In this document: positions 8,222 to 18,359 of the stretch, one piece after another
Numbering within the stretch: position 1 is the stretch's first letter
Layout: every line of letters starts with the position of its first letter
Assembly: GCA_964644695.1 (NCBI GenBank)
Contig: CAZXWN010000004.1
Location: 1 to 64,000, forward strand
DNA from: an uncultured bacterium
GTDB taxonomy: Bacteria; UBP4; UBA4092
Length of the DNA stretch: 64,000 bases
Direction of reading: 5' to 3'
Made by a program: the position numbers and the translations under genes
The notes under the pieces: generated by a model
Told to the model about the DNA's origin: nothing
Databases searched by the model: none
The model's input: the letters and a program-made list of their open reading frames with translations, nothing else

Positions 8222-9754
8222 ATGCCCGGAATTCAGTCCACATCGGTCACATATAATACAGAACGCATCCTCCCGCACAATGAAGATGCCGAGCGAGCTG
8301 TTTTAGGCTCAATCCTGCTAGATAATTCATGTCTCCATGATTTGTACAAATATCTTCGGCCTGAGACCTTTTATAATACCGGTCATGCCATTATCTATAA
8401 GGTCATGGGTGAATTATTTGAGGCAAATCAAGCCATTGACCCGGTGACATTGACTGAGGCACTCTCGAAAACAGGACGGTTAGATGCTATTGGGGGAGCG
8501 TCTTATCTAACCGCATTAGTCGATGATATTGTGACCACATCCAATGTCTCTGAATATGCTCAAATCCTGAAAGATAAGTATATTGCCCGGTGTTTAATCA
8601 GGATGTCCGAGGACATCTCTCAAAAGAGTTACGACCCAGGACAGGACATTGTAACTATTGTTGAGGAAGCCGAGAAAAGCATCCTTGAAATTGCTCAACA
8701 AAAAACAGAAAGTGATGTATTGCCCCTGAAGGAAATTATTCCTTCCGTTGTAGCCAACATCGAGATGATTTACAATCGGAAAGGAAGCCTTACCGGATTA
8801 CCCACTGGATTTAAGCAATTAAACGATTTGACCGGAGGATTTCAAAAATCTGACCTGATTATTCTTGCTGCTCGTCCCAGTGTTGGTAAAACCTCCTTTG
8901 CACTCAATGTTGCATCTAACATCGCGACTCCGACATTATCTTATCCGGGATATCCTGTTTTAATATTCTCATTAGAAATGTCCAAAGAACAGATTGTCCA
9001 GAGGATGGTCTGTACAGAGGCAGGTATATCTTCCAAGAGTGTCCGGGATGCCATGTTCAGCCGGAGTAAATTTGAAGAAATTAATCATGCCGCCGAGCGG
9101 TTATTCAAATGTCAGATTTATATCGACGACACCCCTGGTATTTCCATTATGGAATTACGGGCAAAAGCATTACGATTGAAATCCAAAGTGCCTGAACTGG
9201 GAATGATAATGATCGATTATCTTCAATTAATGTCTGGACGGGGAAAGATTGATAGTCGTCAGCAGGAAATCTCTGAAATTTCTCGTTCATTAAAAGCGCT
9301 GGCTCGTGAATTAAAAATTCCCGTCATTGCTTTGTCACAATTAAATCGTGCGGTTGAAATGCGTGGGAAAGATGCAAAGCCCCAATTATCAGACCTTCGT
9401 GAATCAGGAGCTTTAGAGCAGGACGCGGATGTGATTATGTTCCTGCACCGATTCCCCAAAGACCCTAGTGAAGAGTCTATGCCTGATAATAACCGAAAGA
9501 TGAGCCTGATTTTAGCTAAACAGCGTAATGGTCCGGTTGATGAAATAGAATTAACCTTTGTCAGTGCCTATACCCGGTTCATAGAAACAATTAATCTTGA
9601 TAAGCCCGGTGGTATGGATTCATATTCAGAATATGGCAATACCGATAACAATGACTATGCTAAGGGAAACCGCAAAATGGTTGACTTCAGCAAAGGCGCT
9701 GCTGATTTCGGACCTCCTCCCTATCCAGATCCGGATGAAGAGGTACCTTTTTAA
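8222..9754 (+). CDS. dnaB: Replicative DNA helicase with acidic C-terminal extension
   Basis: AERAVLGSIL, AARPSVGKT, FSLEMS, IDYLQL, SDLRESGALEQDAD, AKQRNGP. Confidence 0.97.
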   Translation: MPGIQSTSVTYNTERILPHNEDAERAVLGSILLDNSCLHDLYKYLRPETFYNTGHAIIYKVMGELFEANQAIDPVTLTEALSKTGRLDAIGGASYLTALVDDIVTTSNVSEYAQILKDKYIARCLIRMSEDISQKSYDPGQDIVTIVEEAEKSILEIAQQKTESDVLPLKEIIPSVVANIEMIYNRKGSLTGLPTGFKQLNDLTGGFQKSDLIILAARPSVGKTSFALNVASNIATPTLSYPGYPVLIFSLEMSKEQIVQRMVCTEAGISSKSVRDAMFSRSKFEEINHAAERLFKCQIYIDDTPGISIMELRAKALRLKSKVPELGMIMIDYLQLMSGRGKIDSRQQEISEISRSLKALARELKIPVIALSQLNRAVEMRGKDAKPQLSDLRESGALEQDADVIMFLHRFPKDPSEESMPDNNRKMSLILAKQRNGPVDEIELTFVSAYTRFIETINLDKPGGMDSYSEYGNTDNNDYAKGNRKMVDFSKGAADFGPPPYPDPDEEVPF

Positions 9755-10539
9755 TGCCGAGCCGCATAATTAGCCATTTTGGAGATCAGGTAATTACCAG
9801 TTTCGAAAAAGCAGGAGATATTACTAAATTATTTTTAGATACCCTGAAGTGGTGCTTCAAATCCAAACCCAATATTAAACAAACCCTTCAACAAATGGTT
9901 TATTTTGGTTTTGACTCAATACCGATTGTTTTACTTACAGCAATGTGTATCGGAATGATTTTTGTTCTTCAGACAGGGTATCAACTAACAAAATTCGGCG
10001 CAACAATCTATGCGGGTGGTATTAGTGCAATCGCTTTTGCACGTGAAATAGGTCCTGTATTTACAGGCTGGGCTGTTGCGTCCAGAGTAGGTGCCTCCAT
10101 TGCTGCAGAGATAGGGACAATGCAGGTAACAGAACAAATTGATGCTTTAAAGACTCTAGCAACGGATCCTGTCAGGTATCTGGTAGTTCCGCGGTTACTA
10201 GCTGGAGTTATTATGGTGCCAATATTGACAATTCTTGCGGTATTAGTAGGAATATTGGGAGGATGGCTTATTGCAATTTCAAATCTAGGGATTACAACCC
10301 AGGTTTATTTCAGTAATATACAATCATTCCTCCTACCTAAAGAAATATATGCAGGATTAATTAAAACGCCTGTATTTGGAGCCACAATCGCCATTATTGG
10401 ATGTTATCAAGGCTTCAATACATTTGGCGGTGCGGAAGGTGTGGGAAGAGCTACACGCAATTCTGTCGTAACATCAACGATATTAATCATTTTCTTTGAC
10501 TACATCATGGGTGCATTTATATTAGCTATATGGAAATAA
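9754..10539 (+). CDS. mlaE: MlaE/YrbE-family ABC permease
   Basis: REIGPV, AEIGTMQVTEQIDAL, LVVPR, GGAEGVGRAT. Confidence 0.93.
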   Translation: MPSRIISHFGDQVITSFEKAGDITKLFLDTLKWCFKSKPNIKQTLQQMVYFGFDSIPIVLLTAMCIGMIFVLQTGYQLTKFGATIYAGGISAIAFAREIGPVFTGWAVASRVGASIAAEIGTMQVTEQIDALKTLATDPVRYLVVPRLLAGVIMVPILTILAVLVGILGGWLIAISNLGITTQVYFSNIQSFLLPKEIYAGLIKTPVFGATIAIIGCYQGFNTFGGAEGVGRATRNSVVTSTILIIFFDYIMGAFILAIWK

Positions 10540-11303
10540 TTACATTTAAAAAAGTCTCTAAAATTTTGGGTAAAAAACAGATTCTGGATGATTTCGATCT
10601 CTCCATTCAATCCGGAGAGATTATGGTTATCATTGGACGAAGTGGTGAAGGAAAATCTGTCACTTTAAAACATATCATGGGACTGATGAAGCCAGATTCC
10701 GGTGAAGTATGGGTTGATAACGAATGTATAACTCAACTAGATGATGATGACATCAACCGGGTTAGAGAAAAATTTGGAATGCTATTCCAGTATGCGGCAT
10801 TATTTGACTCCATGAATGTCCGAGAAAATGTAGGGTTCGCACTGGATGAGCATACTAATTTATCTGAAGAAGAAAAATCTAAAATCGTTGCTGAAAAACT
10901 TGAGTTGGTGCATCTTTCCGGAATTGAGACAATGATGCCTTCTGAGTTATCCGGCGGCATGAAAAAGAGAGTAGGACTTGCCAGGGCTATCGCTCGGAAT
11001 CCTCAAATTCTTCTCTATGATGAACCTACAACAGGATTAGATCCTATCAATTGTGATGTTATTAATAATCTCATTCTAGAGCTAAGTAAGAAGCTTGGAG
11101 TAACATCTATTGTTGTCACACATGATATGCAAAGTGTTTTTAAAATTGCAGACCGCGTAGCTATGCTCCACAAAGGTAAAATAATCCAAGTAGGTCCAAA
11201 ATCTGATTTTAGAGACCCAGAAAATCCAATCGTTAGACAATTTGTCCGGGGTGAGGCTGAAGGCCCTCTCACTGACGAAATCATACAAAATGTGTTAAAA
11301 TAA
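10530..11303 (+). CDS. mlaF: MlaF/Mkl-family ABC ATPase
   Basis: GRSGEGKS, ALFDSMNV, PSELSGGMKKRVGLARA, YDEPTTGLDP, VRQF. Confidence 0.93.
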   Translation: MEIITFKKVSKILGKKQILDDFDLSIQSGEIMVIIGRSGEGKSVTLKHIMGLMKPDSGEVWVDNECITQLDDDDINRVREKFGMLFQYAALFDSMNVRENVGFALDEHTNLSEEEKSKIVAEKLELVHLSGIETMMPSELSGGMKKRVGLARAIARNPQILLYDEPTTGLDPINCDVINNLILELSKKLGVTSIVVTHDMQSVFKIADRVAMLHKGKIIQVGPKSDFRDPENPIVRQFVRGEAEGPLTDEIIQNVLK

Positions 11304-11338
11304 TAAACTCAACTAATATCTACGGGAAAGGATTTGCC

Positions 11339-11428
11339 ATGAACCGCGGAAAAAAACGGAAAAAATTACGTTGGAAATGCAAACGTTCCAATAAACGCAA
11401 AGGCACTGCGGCCTTCAAACATCGTTAA
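11339..11428 (+). CDS. 29-aa highly basic small protein, bL37-like ribosomal protein candidate (not in ORF track)
   Basis: MNRGKKRKKLRWKCKRSNKRKGTAAFKHR*; SD AAAGGA 11327-11332; terminator directly downstream. Confidence 0.7.
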   Translation: MNRGKKRKKLRWKCKRSNKRKGTAAFKHR

Positions 11429-11446
11429 TTCTGTATTAACACAAAT

Positions 11447-11480
11447 AAAAAAGACGATCTTTTCGATCGTCTTTTGTTTT
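11447..11480. terminator. Bidirectional intrinsic terminator
   Basis: AAAAGACGATC-ttttc-GATCGTCTTTT flanked by A and T tracts, between the small ORF and convergent ftsZ. Confidence 0.85.
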
Positions 11481-11511
11481 ATATATTAATAAAACGTATG
11501 ATTTATGCTGA

Positions 11512-12801
11512 TTAGATAATGGGTCTTGTCCTTTTTCTTAGATAGGCCGGAGTGTCATAATCATCGCGAGTAGAATTCTGTGGAGTTTTAAGATTAGAAT
11601 CTGATTGTTCATTAGATTCATTTTCATCATAGCTGGGAACCACTTTTTCTTGATTATGGATATGGGCAATTAGATTCATTTGTCCATCTTCATCAAACTC
11701 ATTTTCTGGTTCAATCACTTCTGGCTCAGGTTCTTCTTCAACAGTAACGGGAGCCATTTCTTCAGATTCTTCTAATTCCACCTGCGGAGGAGGAGAAATA
11801 ACTGGTTGTTTGGAATAATACTCGGTTGAGGTCGGCCAATTAACACCATCAAACCCTGTTGCAATAATCGTAACCTTAATTTCATCCCCAGCATCGTTAT
11901 CTATTACAGTTCCAATCCTGACCTGAGCATCTTCATGACAAGCATCATAAACCATTTGCGATATCTCAGACACTTCTCTTAGTGTGAGATCTGGACTTCC
12001 TGTAATATTTAACAAAACTCTCCTTGCGCCTCTTATTTCGTTTTTCTCTAAAAGGGAGCTGCTACTGGCAGAACGAAACGCCTGTTCTGCCCTATTATCA
12101 CCTTTTGCCGAACCAAATCCAATAACAGCTCCACCTGTATTACCAATAATTGAGTTTATATCTGCAAAATCAACATTAATAGTCCCCGGTACGGTAATCA
12201 AGTCTGTGATGCTTCTGACAGCCTGTAACAGAACCTTGTTTGCTATCTCAAAAGAAGAAATTAAAGTAGCTTTATCACCTGCCACCTGTAACAAATGGTC
12301 ATTGGGAATAACCATAGTTGCATCTACTTTAGATTTTAAACGCTGAAGCCCAGCCTCCGCCACCTTCATTCTTTCTCTTCCCTCAAAGGTGAACGGCTTG
12401 GTAACAACTGAAACAGTTAACGCATTAATACTCTTAGCAATCTCTGCAACAACTGGAGCGGCACCAGTACCAGTGCCTCCCCCCATTCCTGCAGCGATAA
12501 AGACCATATTGGCACCTTCCAAGGCTCTTAATATGTCTTCGCGGGATTCTTCGGCAGAGAGTTCTCCAACATCCGGTTTTCCACCACTCCCAAGACCATT
12601 GGTTGCATTAGCTCCCAATTGAATCCGATAAGGGGTCTTTGTCTTAACTAAGGCTTGCCCATCGGTATTGGCAACGATAAACTCAACACCGGGTAAACCC
12701 TCTGAGAACATACTGTCAACAGCATTACATCCAGCCCCTCCAAGACCAATTACTTTTATTACTGCCAACTTTTTATCTGGTTCATCAAAATGCAATACCA
12801 T
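11512..12801 (-). CDS. ftsZ: Cell division protein FtsZ
   Basis: GMGGGTGTG, INVDFAD, tail DYDTPAYLRKR. Confidence 0.98.
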   Translation of the reverse strand: MVLHFDEPDKKLAVIKVIGLGGAGCNAVDSMFSEGLPGVEFIVANTDGQALVKTKTPYRIQLGANATNGLGSGGKPDVGELSAEESREDILRALEGANMVFIAAGMGGGTGTGAAPVVAEIAKSINALTVSVVTKPFTFEGRERMKVAEAGLQRLKSKVDATMVIPNDHLLQVAGDKATLISSFEIANKVLLQAVRSITDLITVPGTINVDFADINSIIGNTGGAVIGFGSAKGDNRAEQAFRSASSSSLLEKNEIRGARRVLLNITGSPDLTLREVSEISQMVYDACHEDAQVRIGTVIDNDAGDEIKVTIIATGFDGVNWPTSTEYYSKQPVISPPPQVELEESEEMAPVTVEEEPEPEVIEPENEFDEDGQMNLIAHIHNQEKVVPSYDENESNEQSDSNLKTPQNSTRDDYDTPAYLRKRTRPII

Positions 12802-12823
12802 GGGTATACCCCCAGTTTATATT

Positions 12824-14047
12824 TTAAAAATATTTTTCAAAAAACTCTTTAAAGTGCTTTGTGATTTGAGAATAATATGATTTCTTTTCCTGCTCATTAT
12901 CAATTGTTTCTAAATCTCGTGACAACAAAAGCCCGATGGCTGTTGAATGGAATGGGGTTTCTAACGCGTTCTGATTCATGTATGAAAAATGCCTTGGCAA
13001 TGCAATTCTCACTGGCAAATTAAAGCTCTTTTCTGCCAATTCTTTCAATCCTTTTGTTAATGATACACCCCCCGTAATAATTACTCCGACGGGTGCATTA
13101 TACTGCCGGTTAACAATATCAAGTTCTTGGGTGACTAGATCAAACATTTCCATCAAGCGAGGCTGAATAATTTCTACCAAGGTTGATTTATTGACCAGTG
13201 ATGTTCCACCATCTACCAATCTTTTTACGGGAATACTTTCATCACGATTTACAGCTGCCAAAGTAGCATGACCATGGTTGATTTTCAAGGATTCCGCATC
13301 ACTTGGGGATATTCGCAATGCATATGATATATCCTGAGTTATGTGGTTCCCACCCATGTGAATCACCTGTGTATGTCGAATTGCTCCTTGATGGTAGAGA
13401 ACCATATCAATCACACCGGCACCAATATCCAAAAATAATACACCTGAATTCATCTCATCAGAAGTCAAAACAGCTCTAGCCGAAGCCAACGGCTGCATGA
13501 CATGCATCCCCACTCGATATCCGGCACGATTCACACATCTCACTATATTCTGCAAGGTATTTGGCATTCCGTGAACAGCATGGACATCAATAGCCAAACG
13601 ACTACCTACCATGCCGATTGGAGGCATATCAGTTCCTGTTCTCTCATCATCAACATAAAATCCCTGGGTTAAAACACAAAACAGTTCTTTCCCCGGAGGC
13701 AACTGTATTTCGCCAGCATTTCGTTCAACTTGATCAATATCTTCTTGGGTAATTCCTTTTAGAGAGTTGGTTACATTCTGTACATAATTAAAGTTCAAGC
13801 ATTGCAAACCCTTTCCTGCAACACCTACAATCACACCTTCAATTTTCTGATTTCCAACAGTACTCTCAGCTTTTGAAAGAGCTTCTTCAATGGCTTCAAC
13901 CGCAGCATCCTGGTCAAGAACAACGCCACCTCTAATAGCGCTTGTATGCACAATTCCTTCTCCCTGAATAACAGCGATGCCATTATCATCCAGTTCTCCT
14001 ACTAGTGCACAAACCTTACTGGTGCCTATATCTAGTGCAGCAATCAT
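12824..14047 (-). CDS. ftsA: Cell division protein FtsA
   Basis: LDIGTSKV, LDIGAG, IITGG, STAIGLL, amphipathic tail FKEFFEKYF. Confidence 0.96.
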   Translation of the reverse strand: MIAALDIGTSKVCALVGELDDNGIAVIQGEGIVHTSAIRGGVVLDQDAAVEAIEEALSKAESTVGNQKIEGVIVGVAGKGLQCLNFNYVQNVTNSLKGITQEDIDQVERNAGEIQLPPGKELFCVLTQGFYVDDERTGTDMPPIGMVGSRLAIDVHAVHGMPNTLQNIVRCVNRAGYRVGMHVMQPLASARAVLTSDEMNSGVLFLDIGAGVIDMVLYHQGAIRHTQVIHMGGNHITQDISYALRISPSDAESLKINHGHATLAAVNRDESIPVKRLVDGGTSLVNKSTLVEIIQPRLMEMFDLVTQELDIVNRQYNAPVGVIITGGVSLTKGLKELAEKSFNLPVRIALPRHFSYMNQNALETPFHSTAIGLLLSRDLETIDNEQEKKSYYSQITKHFKEFFEKYF

Positions 14048-14068
14048 ATGCCATACCTCTATCTTGAA

Positions 14069-14947
14069 TTATGTCGATGGAGTTGTCACTGTTCCATATA
14101 CTTCAGGTTTCTTTATACCAGTTTTTCTTGGATGTGTTATTAAAGAATCTTCATCATACCGTAAATCAATATAATCAAAAGGTTCGTTTTGTTCCAGTAA
14201 TCTACACATCATTTCTAAACGTTTATCGAAATTTATATTTCCAAGACTTATCTCTGTTCCATCAGGTTGTGTTATCAACTTTGTGTTACGAGGATTTGAA
14301 ATATCAATTTCAGATATCTGGGCCATAAGATCTGGCTTATTCTTTTTTATCCAATCCAATATATAAACTGCATTAGAAATATCATTACCTTTCAGTTTAT
14401 GTTGTTCTTTGATATTGATATTTCCAGATATATTTAATAATGGAATGTTTACAGCTTGTTTAATATCTATTTCTGGTAATAACACTCCTTCTGTATCTAT
14501 ACCCAAGGTTTGTTCTCCTACAATGAGCATGGCAGGCTTTCTTTCCTGCACATTTATAATCAACACAGAGGGGTATCTTTTAATAACTTTCACACTCTGA
14601 ATCCAAGGGTTCTGAGAAACTCGTTTATTGATTAACTCTGAGGATATTTTCATTAAATGTAATTCTCGATTAAGACCTATCTCCCTCAACAGTGATTCTC
14701 TGTCACAATGGGGTGTTGATTCAAAAACAATCTTTTCCACAACAAAATATGGGGACTTCCATGCAAATCTCGCCATTCCTACTGCCAGGAGCAAAACACC
14801 TATCAGCAAGAGGATCGTCACTATCCGACGACACCACTTAGTGACCAATTCTCTCCAAGTAACATTCTCCCCATTCTTTTTATAACGGGATGTTTTCCCA
14901 ATATCCTGTTCCTTAAGATGTTTGGAATTATAGAGGTTCTTTCTCAT
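14069..14947 (-). CDS. ftsQ: Cell division protein FtsQ/DivIB
   Basis: One TM, POTRA (NPWIQSVKVIKRYPS...VQERKP), YIDLRY; upstream of ftsA. Confidence 0.92.
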   Translation of the reverse strand: MRKNLYNSKHLKEQDIGKTSRYKKNGENVTWRELVTKWCRRIVTILLLIGVLLLAVGMARFAWKSPYFVVEKIVFESTPHCDRESLLREIGLNRELHLMKISSELINKRVSQNPWIQSVKVIKRYPSVLIINVQERKPAMLIVGEQTLGIDTEGVLLPEIDIKQAVNIPLLNISGNINIKEQHKLKGNDISNAVYILDWIKKNKPDLMAQISEIDISNPRNTKLITQPDGTEISLGNINFDKRLEMMCRLLEQNEPFDYIDLRYDEDSLITHPRKTGIKKPEVYGTVTTPST

Positions 14948-14964
14948 AATATTCTTACAGTTGA

Positions 14965-17241
14965 TTATTTTCCAACTATTTTAACTTCCAACTCCAACTC
15001 AATACCTGATTTTTCTTTTACTCTACGTCTTGCCAATTCAATCAATTCCAAGAAATCAGAAGCAGTTGCATCACCCACATTGACAAAGAAATTGGCATGT
15101 TTAGGCGAAATCATTGCTCCTCCTACTCTGGACCCCTTCAATCCTGCCATATCAATTAATCGCCCTGCAGCCTCCTGCTCAGGATTTCGAAAAAAACAAC
15201 CCGCACTGGGAAGATCTAATGGTTGTGTTTGATTTCTTTTGTCGAGAAAGTTTTTTAATTCATTTCTAATAATGTCTGATGAACAAGGAGTTAACTGTAA
15301 ATCAGCCTCATAAATAATGGCATCTTTTAAATTTGTTGAATGATAACCTGCTTGAATTTCTGATTTATCATACTCTTTTAAATCACCATCAAAAGTAACT
15401 ACTCTGATTTTACGAACAAGATCAAACATAGATCGTCCATGTGCGCCAGCGTTCATAAACAGAGCTCCGCCTAAGCTTGCGGGGATTCCTGCCACTGGTT
15501 CAAGACCTGACAGTCCCAATTCGCTAGCAAATCTCGCAATTTGTGGTAACCATGCAGAGGCCCCAATCCGAATCTGATGTCCTTTTAGTAATGTCTTATA
15601 AGAGAATCTTTTACCTAATTTAATAACGATACCAAGAATTCCAGAATCTAGCACCAACAGATTAGAACCAGCTCCCAAAGTAAATATCGGTTGATTATAT
15701 GACTTCGCCCAACGGACCACTTTTAATAAATCATCCACTGTTTCTGCAATAGCTAACCACTCAGCATTCCCACCAACTTTTATCAAAGTATGTTTTTTCA
15801 TGGGGACCTGAGAGACCACAGTTCCTGAGATAGCCAATCCACCTGGAACATTGGGTTCCGCATCTGGTATTGTGCGAATTTTTACCAATAAATCATGTGC
15901 CACCTTCCAAATATCGCCGGCGCCAATAAATACAACCAAATCACCGGGGCGAAGAATATTCATCAAATAGTCATTAATTTCATCTCTATCTGGTATATAT
16001 AACAAGTTTTTATAGCCTTGCGCAATCACTGCATCAAAGATATTTAACGAAGAGACACCCTGTCGGGGTTTCTCACCTGCGGCATAAACACCTGTAAGAA
16101 TACTTAGATCTGCTTGATTAAATGAAGTCGCGAATTCCTTAGCTAACAACTCAGTTCGAGAGTATCGATGGGGTTGAAAAACTGCAATGACACGTTTTGC
16201 ATCACCTGTAACTGCACCACTAATAGCAGCAGCAACTTTGGCAGGGTTATGTGCATAATCATCAAAAATACGAATTCCATTAGATTCACCCACGAGCTCA
16301 AAGCGACGACCAACACCACTAAAAGATTCAAGGCCTGGAACCATGTCTTCAAAACTCAAACCCACAGCCAACCCTACAGCTATTGAAGCCAAGGCATTTC
16401 TCACATTATGTTCACCTGGACAGCGCATATGGACTGCACCCAATAAAAGATCTCCATCATACACATCAAAGTGACTCTCAAAATTAGCATACTGAGGATT
16501 TACTGCATGGATGCGGGCAGCTTCAGTCATACCGAAGGTTATAACTGGTTTTTTACATGCAGCAGCCAACTGTGCCGCATTCAGGTTATCAATTCCAACA
16601 ACAGCACACCCATTTGGAGCAATTTTTTTAGTAAAGGAATGAAATGCTGCAATAACATTCTCAACTTTATCATCATAATTCTCCAGATGATCAGCCTCAA
16701 TATTATTAATAACAGCAATTTGTGGTGTATATGATAAGAATGACCCATCACTTTCATCAGCTTCTGCAACTAACCAGGGACCTTCACCAAGCGTAGCATT
16801 ACTGTCGATTTCTTTGACACGTCCCCCAATTATTGCTGTAGGCTTAATACCAGCGGCTTGCAACATACTAAATATCATAGAACTTGTTGTTGTTTTTCCA
16901 TGAGTACCCGCCACAGCAATAACTTGCCGTGAAGACATTAAATCCAGCAGCAATTTCGAGCGATGCCATACAGGTATATTTAACTTAGTTGCTTCAACCA
17001 ATTCTGGGTTGTCTTCCGGTATCGCACTAGAACGAATAACCAAGCTTGCTTCCGTCACGTTACTTGCAGCGTGGGTGGGATATATTTTAGCTCCCATGTC
17101 TTGTAAACGTTGAGTCATATAGTTAGTGGAAAGATCTGATCCTGTAACTTTGTATCCCAACTGACAGTATACTTGGGCTAAACCACACATACCCGTTCCA
17201 CCAATACCTATGAAATGAATAGTTTTAATAGTATCTTTCAT
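14965..17241 (-). CDS. murC: MurC-MurB fusion
   Basis: MurC: HFIGIGGTGM, GTHGKTTT, EADESD, DDYAH, FQPHRYSRT, GAGDI; then MurB: KVGGNA, GAGSNLL, MNAGAHG, SAGCFFRNP, HANFF, LELEV; one open frame. Confidence 0.95.
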   Translation of the reverse strand: MKDTIKTIHFIGIGGTGMCGLAQVYCQLGYKVTGSDLSTNYMTQRLQDMGAKIYPTHAASNVTEASLVIRSSAIPEDNPELVEATKLNIPVWHRSKLLLDLMSSRQVIAVAGTHGKTTTSSMIFSMLQAAGIKPTAIIGGRVKEIDSNATLGEGPWLVAEADESDGSFLSYTPQIAVINNIEADHLENYDDKVENVIAAFHSFTKKIAPNGCAVVGIDNLNAAQLAAACKKPVITFGMTEAARIHAVNPQYANFESHFDVYDGDLLLGAVHMRCPGEHNVRNALASIAVGLAVGLSFEDMVPGLESFSGVGRRFELVGESNGIRIFDDYAHNPAKVAAAISGAVTGDAKRVIAVFQPHRYSRTELLAKEFATSFNQADLSILTGVYAAGEKPRQGVSSLNIFDAVIAQGYKNLLYIPDRDEINDYLMNILRPGDLVVFIGAGDIWKVAHDLLVKIRTIPDAEPNVPGGLAISGTVVSQVPMKKHTLIKVGGNAEWLAIAETVDDLLKVVRWAKSYNQPIFTLGAGSNLLVLDSGILGIVIKLGKRFSYKTLLKGHQIRIGASAWLPQIARFASELGLSGLEPVAGIPASLGGALFMNAGAHGRSMFDLVRKIRVVTFDGDLKEYDKSEIQAGYHSTNLKDAIIYEADLQLTPCSSDIIRNELKNFLDKRNQTQPLDLPSAGCFFRNPEQEAAGRLIDMAGLKGSRVGGAMISPKHANFFVNVGDATASDFLELIELARRRVKEKSGIELELEVKIVGK

Positions 17242-18359
17242 TGTCTTCTCGATTTCATTAATGATTCAATCAAATCACATATTGCTTTCGTTGCATTCGG
17301 TTTACCCAAGTTCCTACTAGCTTCAGACATTTTTTGTTTTACATTCAAATCCATCACCAAGCTATCAATTAGCTCAGCAAGAACTATCGGTGATAAATCT
17401 TTCTCTAAAATAACTTTTGCTGCACCTGCATTTTCAACTGCTCGAGCATTCTTTTCCTGGTGATTTGCAGTTGCGTGTGGATATGGAATTAAGATACTAG
17501 GTAATCCGCACGCAGCTATTTCCGATAATGATATTGCACCTGACCTAGCTATCACCAGATCAGAAGCAGCATAGGCTTGAGCCATATTGTAAATAAATGG
17601 TTGTATGACCAGCTTAATGCCTTTGACATTCTTTAAAGCTTCGGTTGTTGCCAAATAACCTTTTTCACCAGTCTGGAAAATCACCTGATATTGACGCTTG
17701 CGTTTTTCAAGCAAATCAAGAGCCTCCACCACATTCTGATTAATGGACAAAGAACCTTGGCTACCACCGAAAACAAGTAATACCGGTTGTCCTGATTCAA
17801 AGCGAAAAGCCTTCAAACCCTCTTCACGATTGAGATTATCAAAGCGGCCTCTCAATGGATTACCAGTAACATGTACTTTCTTTTTACCGAAATAATCCAC
17901 TAACTGCGCATAGGATGTGGTAACTATATTTGCTTTTCTTCCTAATAAACGATTAGTTATCCCAGGAATAGCATCAGATTCATGTATAAGAGTTGGGATT
18001 CCCATTCGCTGTGCCATTTTCACAGTAGTGCCAGAAACATAGCCACCAGTTCCAATAACCACATCTGGCTGAATAATTTTCAAAAGTCTACGAGATTCGT
18101 ACATTCCCAGAACATTTTCCCAGATTGTAGCAAATAACCGAGTAGAAAGCTTTCGAGGTATATTGGCAGCATGGATTCCATGAAAAGTGATAGGTAAATC
18201 TGATTTAGAAGATAAAGTTTCTTCACGACCACCAATTCGACCAACATAATGAATTTCCATATTGGGATGTCGTTTCAACATCTCTTCTGCAATGGCTAGA
18301 GCCGGATAAATGTGGCCACCAGTTCCACCACCTGAAACAACAATAGACCGAGGGCTCAT
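17238..18359 (-). CDS. murG: Lipid II GlcNAc transferase MurG
   Basis: GGGTGGHIYP, GGYVS, TGNP, GGSQG, HQEKNA. Confidence 0.97.
   Translation of the reverse strand: MSPRSIVVSGGGTGGHIYPALAIAEEMLKRHPNMEIHYVGRIGGREETLSSKSDLPITFHGIHAANIPRKLSTRLFATIWENVLGMYESRRLLKIIQPDVVIGTGGYVSGTTVKMAQRMGIPTLIHESDAIPGITNRLLGRKANIVTTSYAQLVDYFGKKKVHVTGNPLRGRFDNLNREEGLKAFRFESGQPVLLVFGGSQGSLSINQNVVEALDLLEKRKRQYQVIFQTGEKGYLATTEALKNVKGIKLVIQPFIYNMAQAYAASDLVIARSGAISLSEIAACGLPSILIPYPHATANHQEKNARAVENAGAAKVILEKDLSPIVLAELIDSLVMDLNVKQKMSEASRNLGKPNATKAICDLIESLMKSRRQ

Noticed and set aside
8222-9754. Intein in DnaB
   Set aside because: Helicase motifs are contiguous; the extra length is the C-terminal tail.
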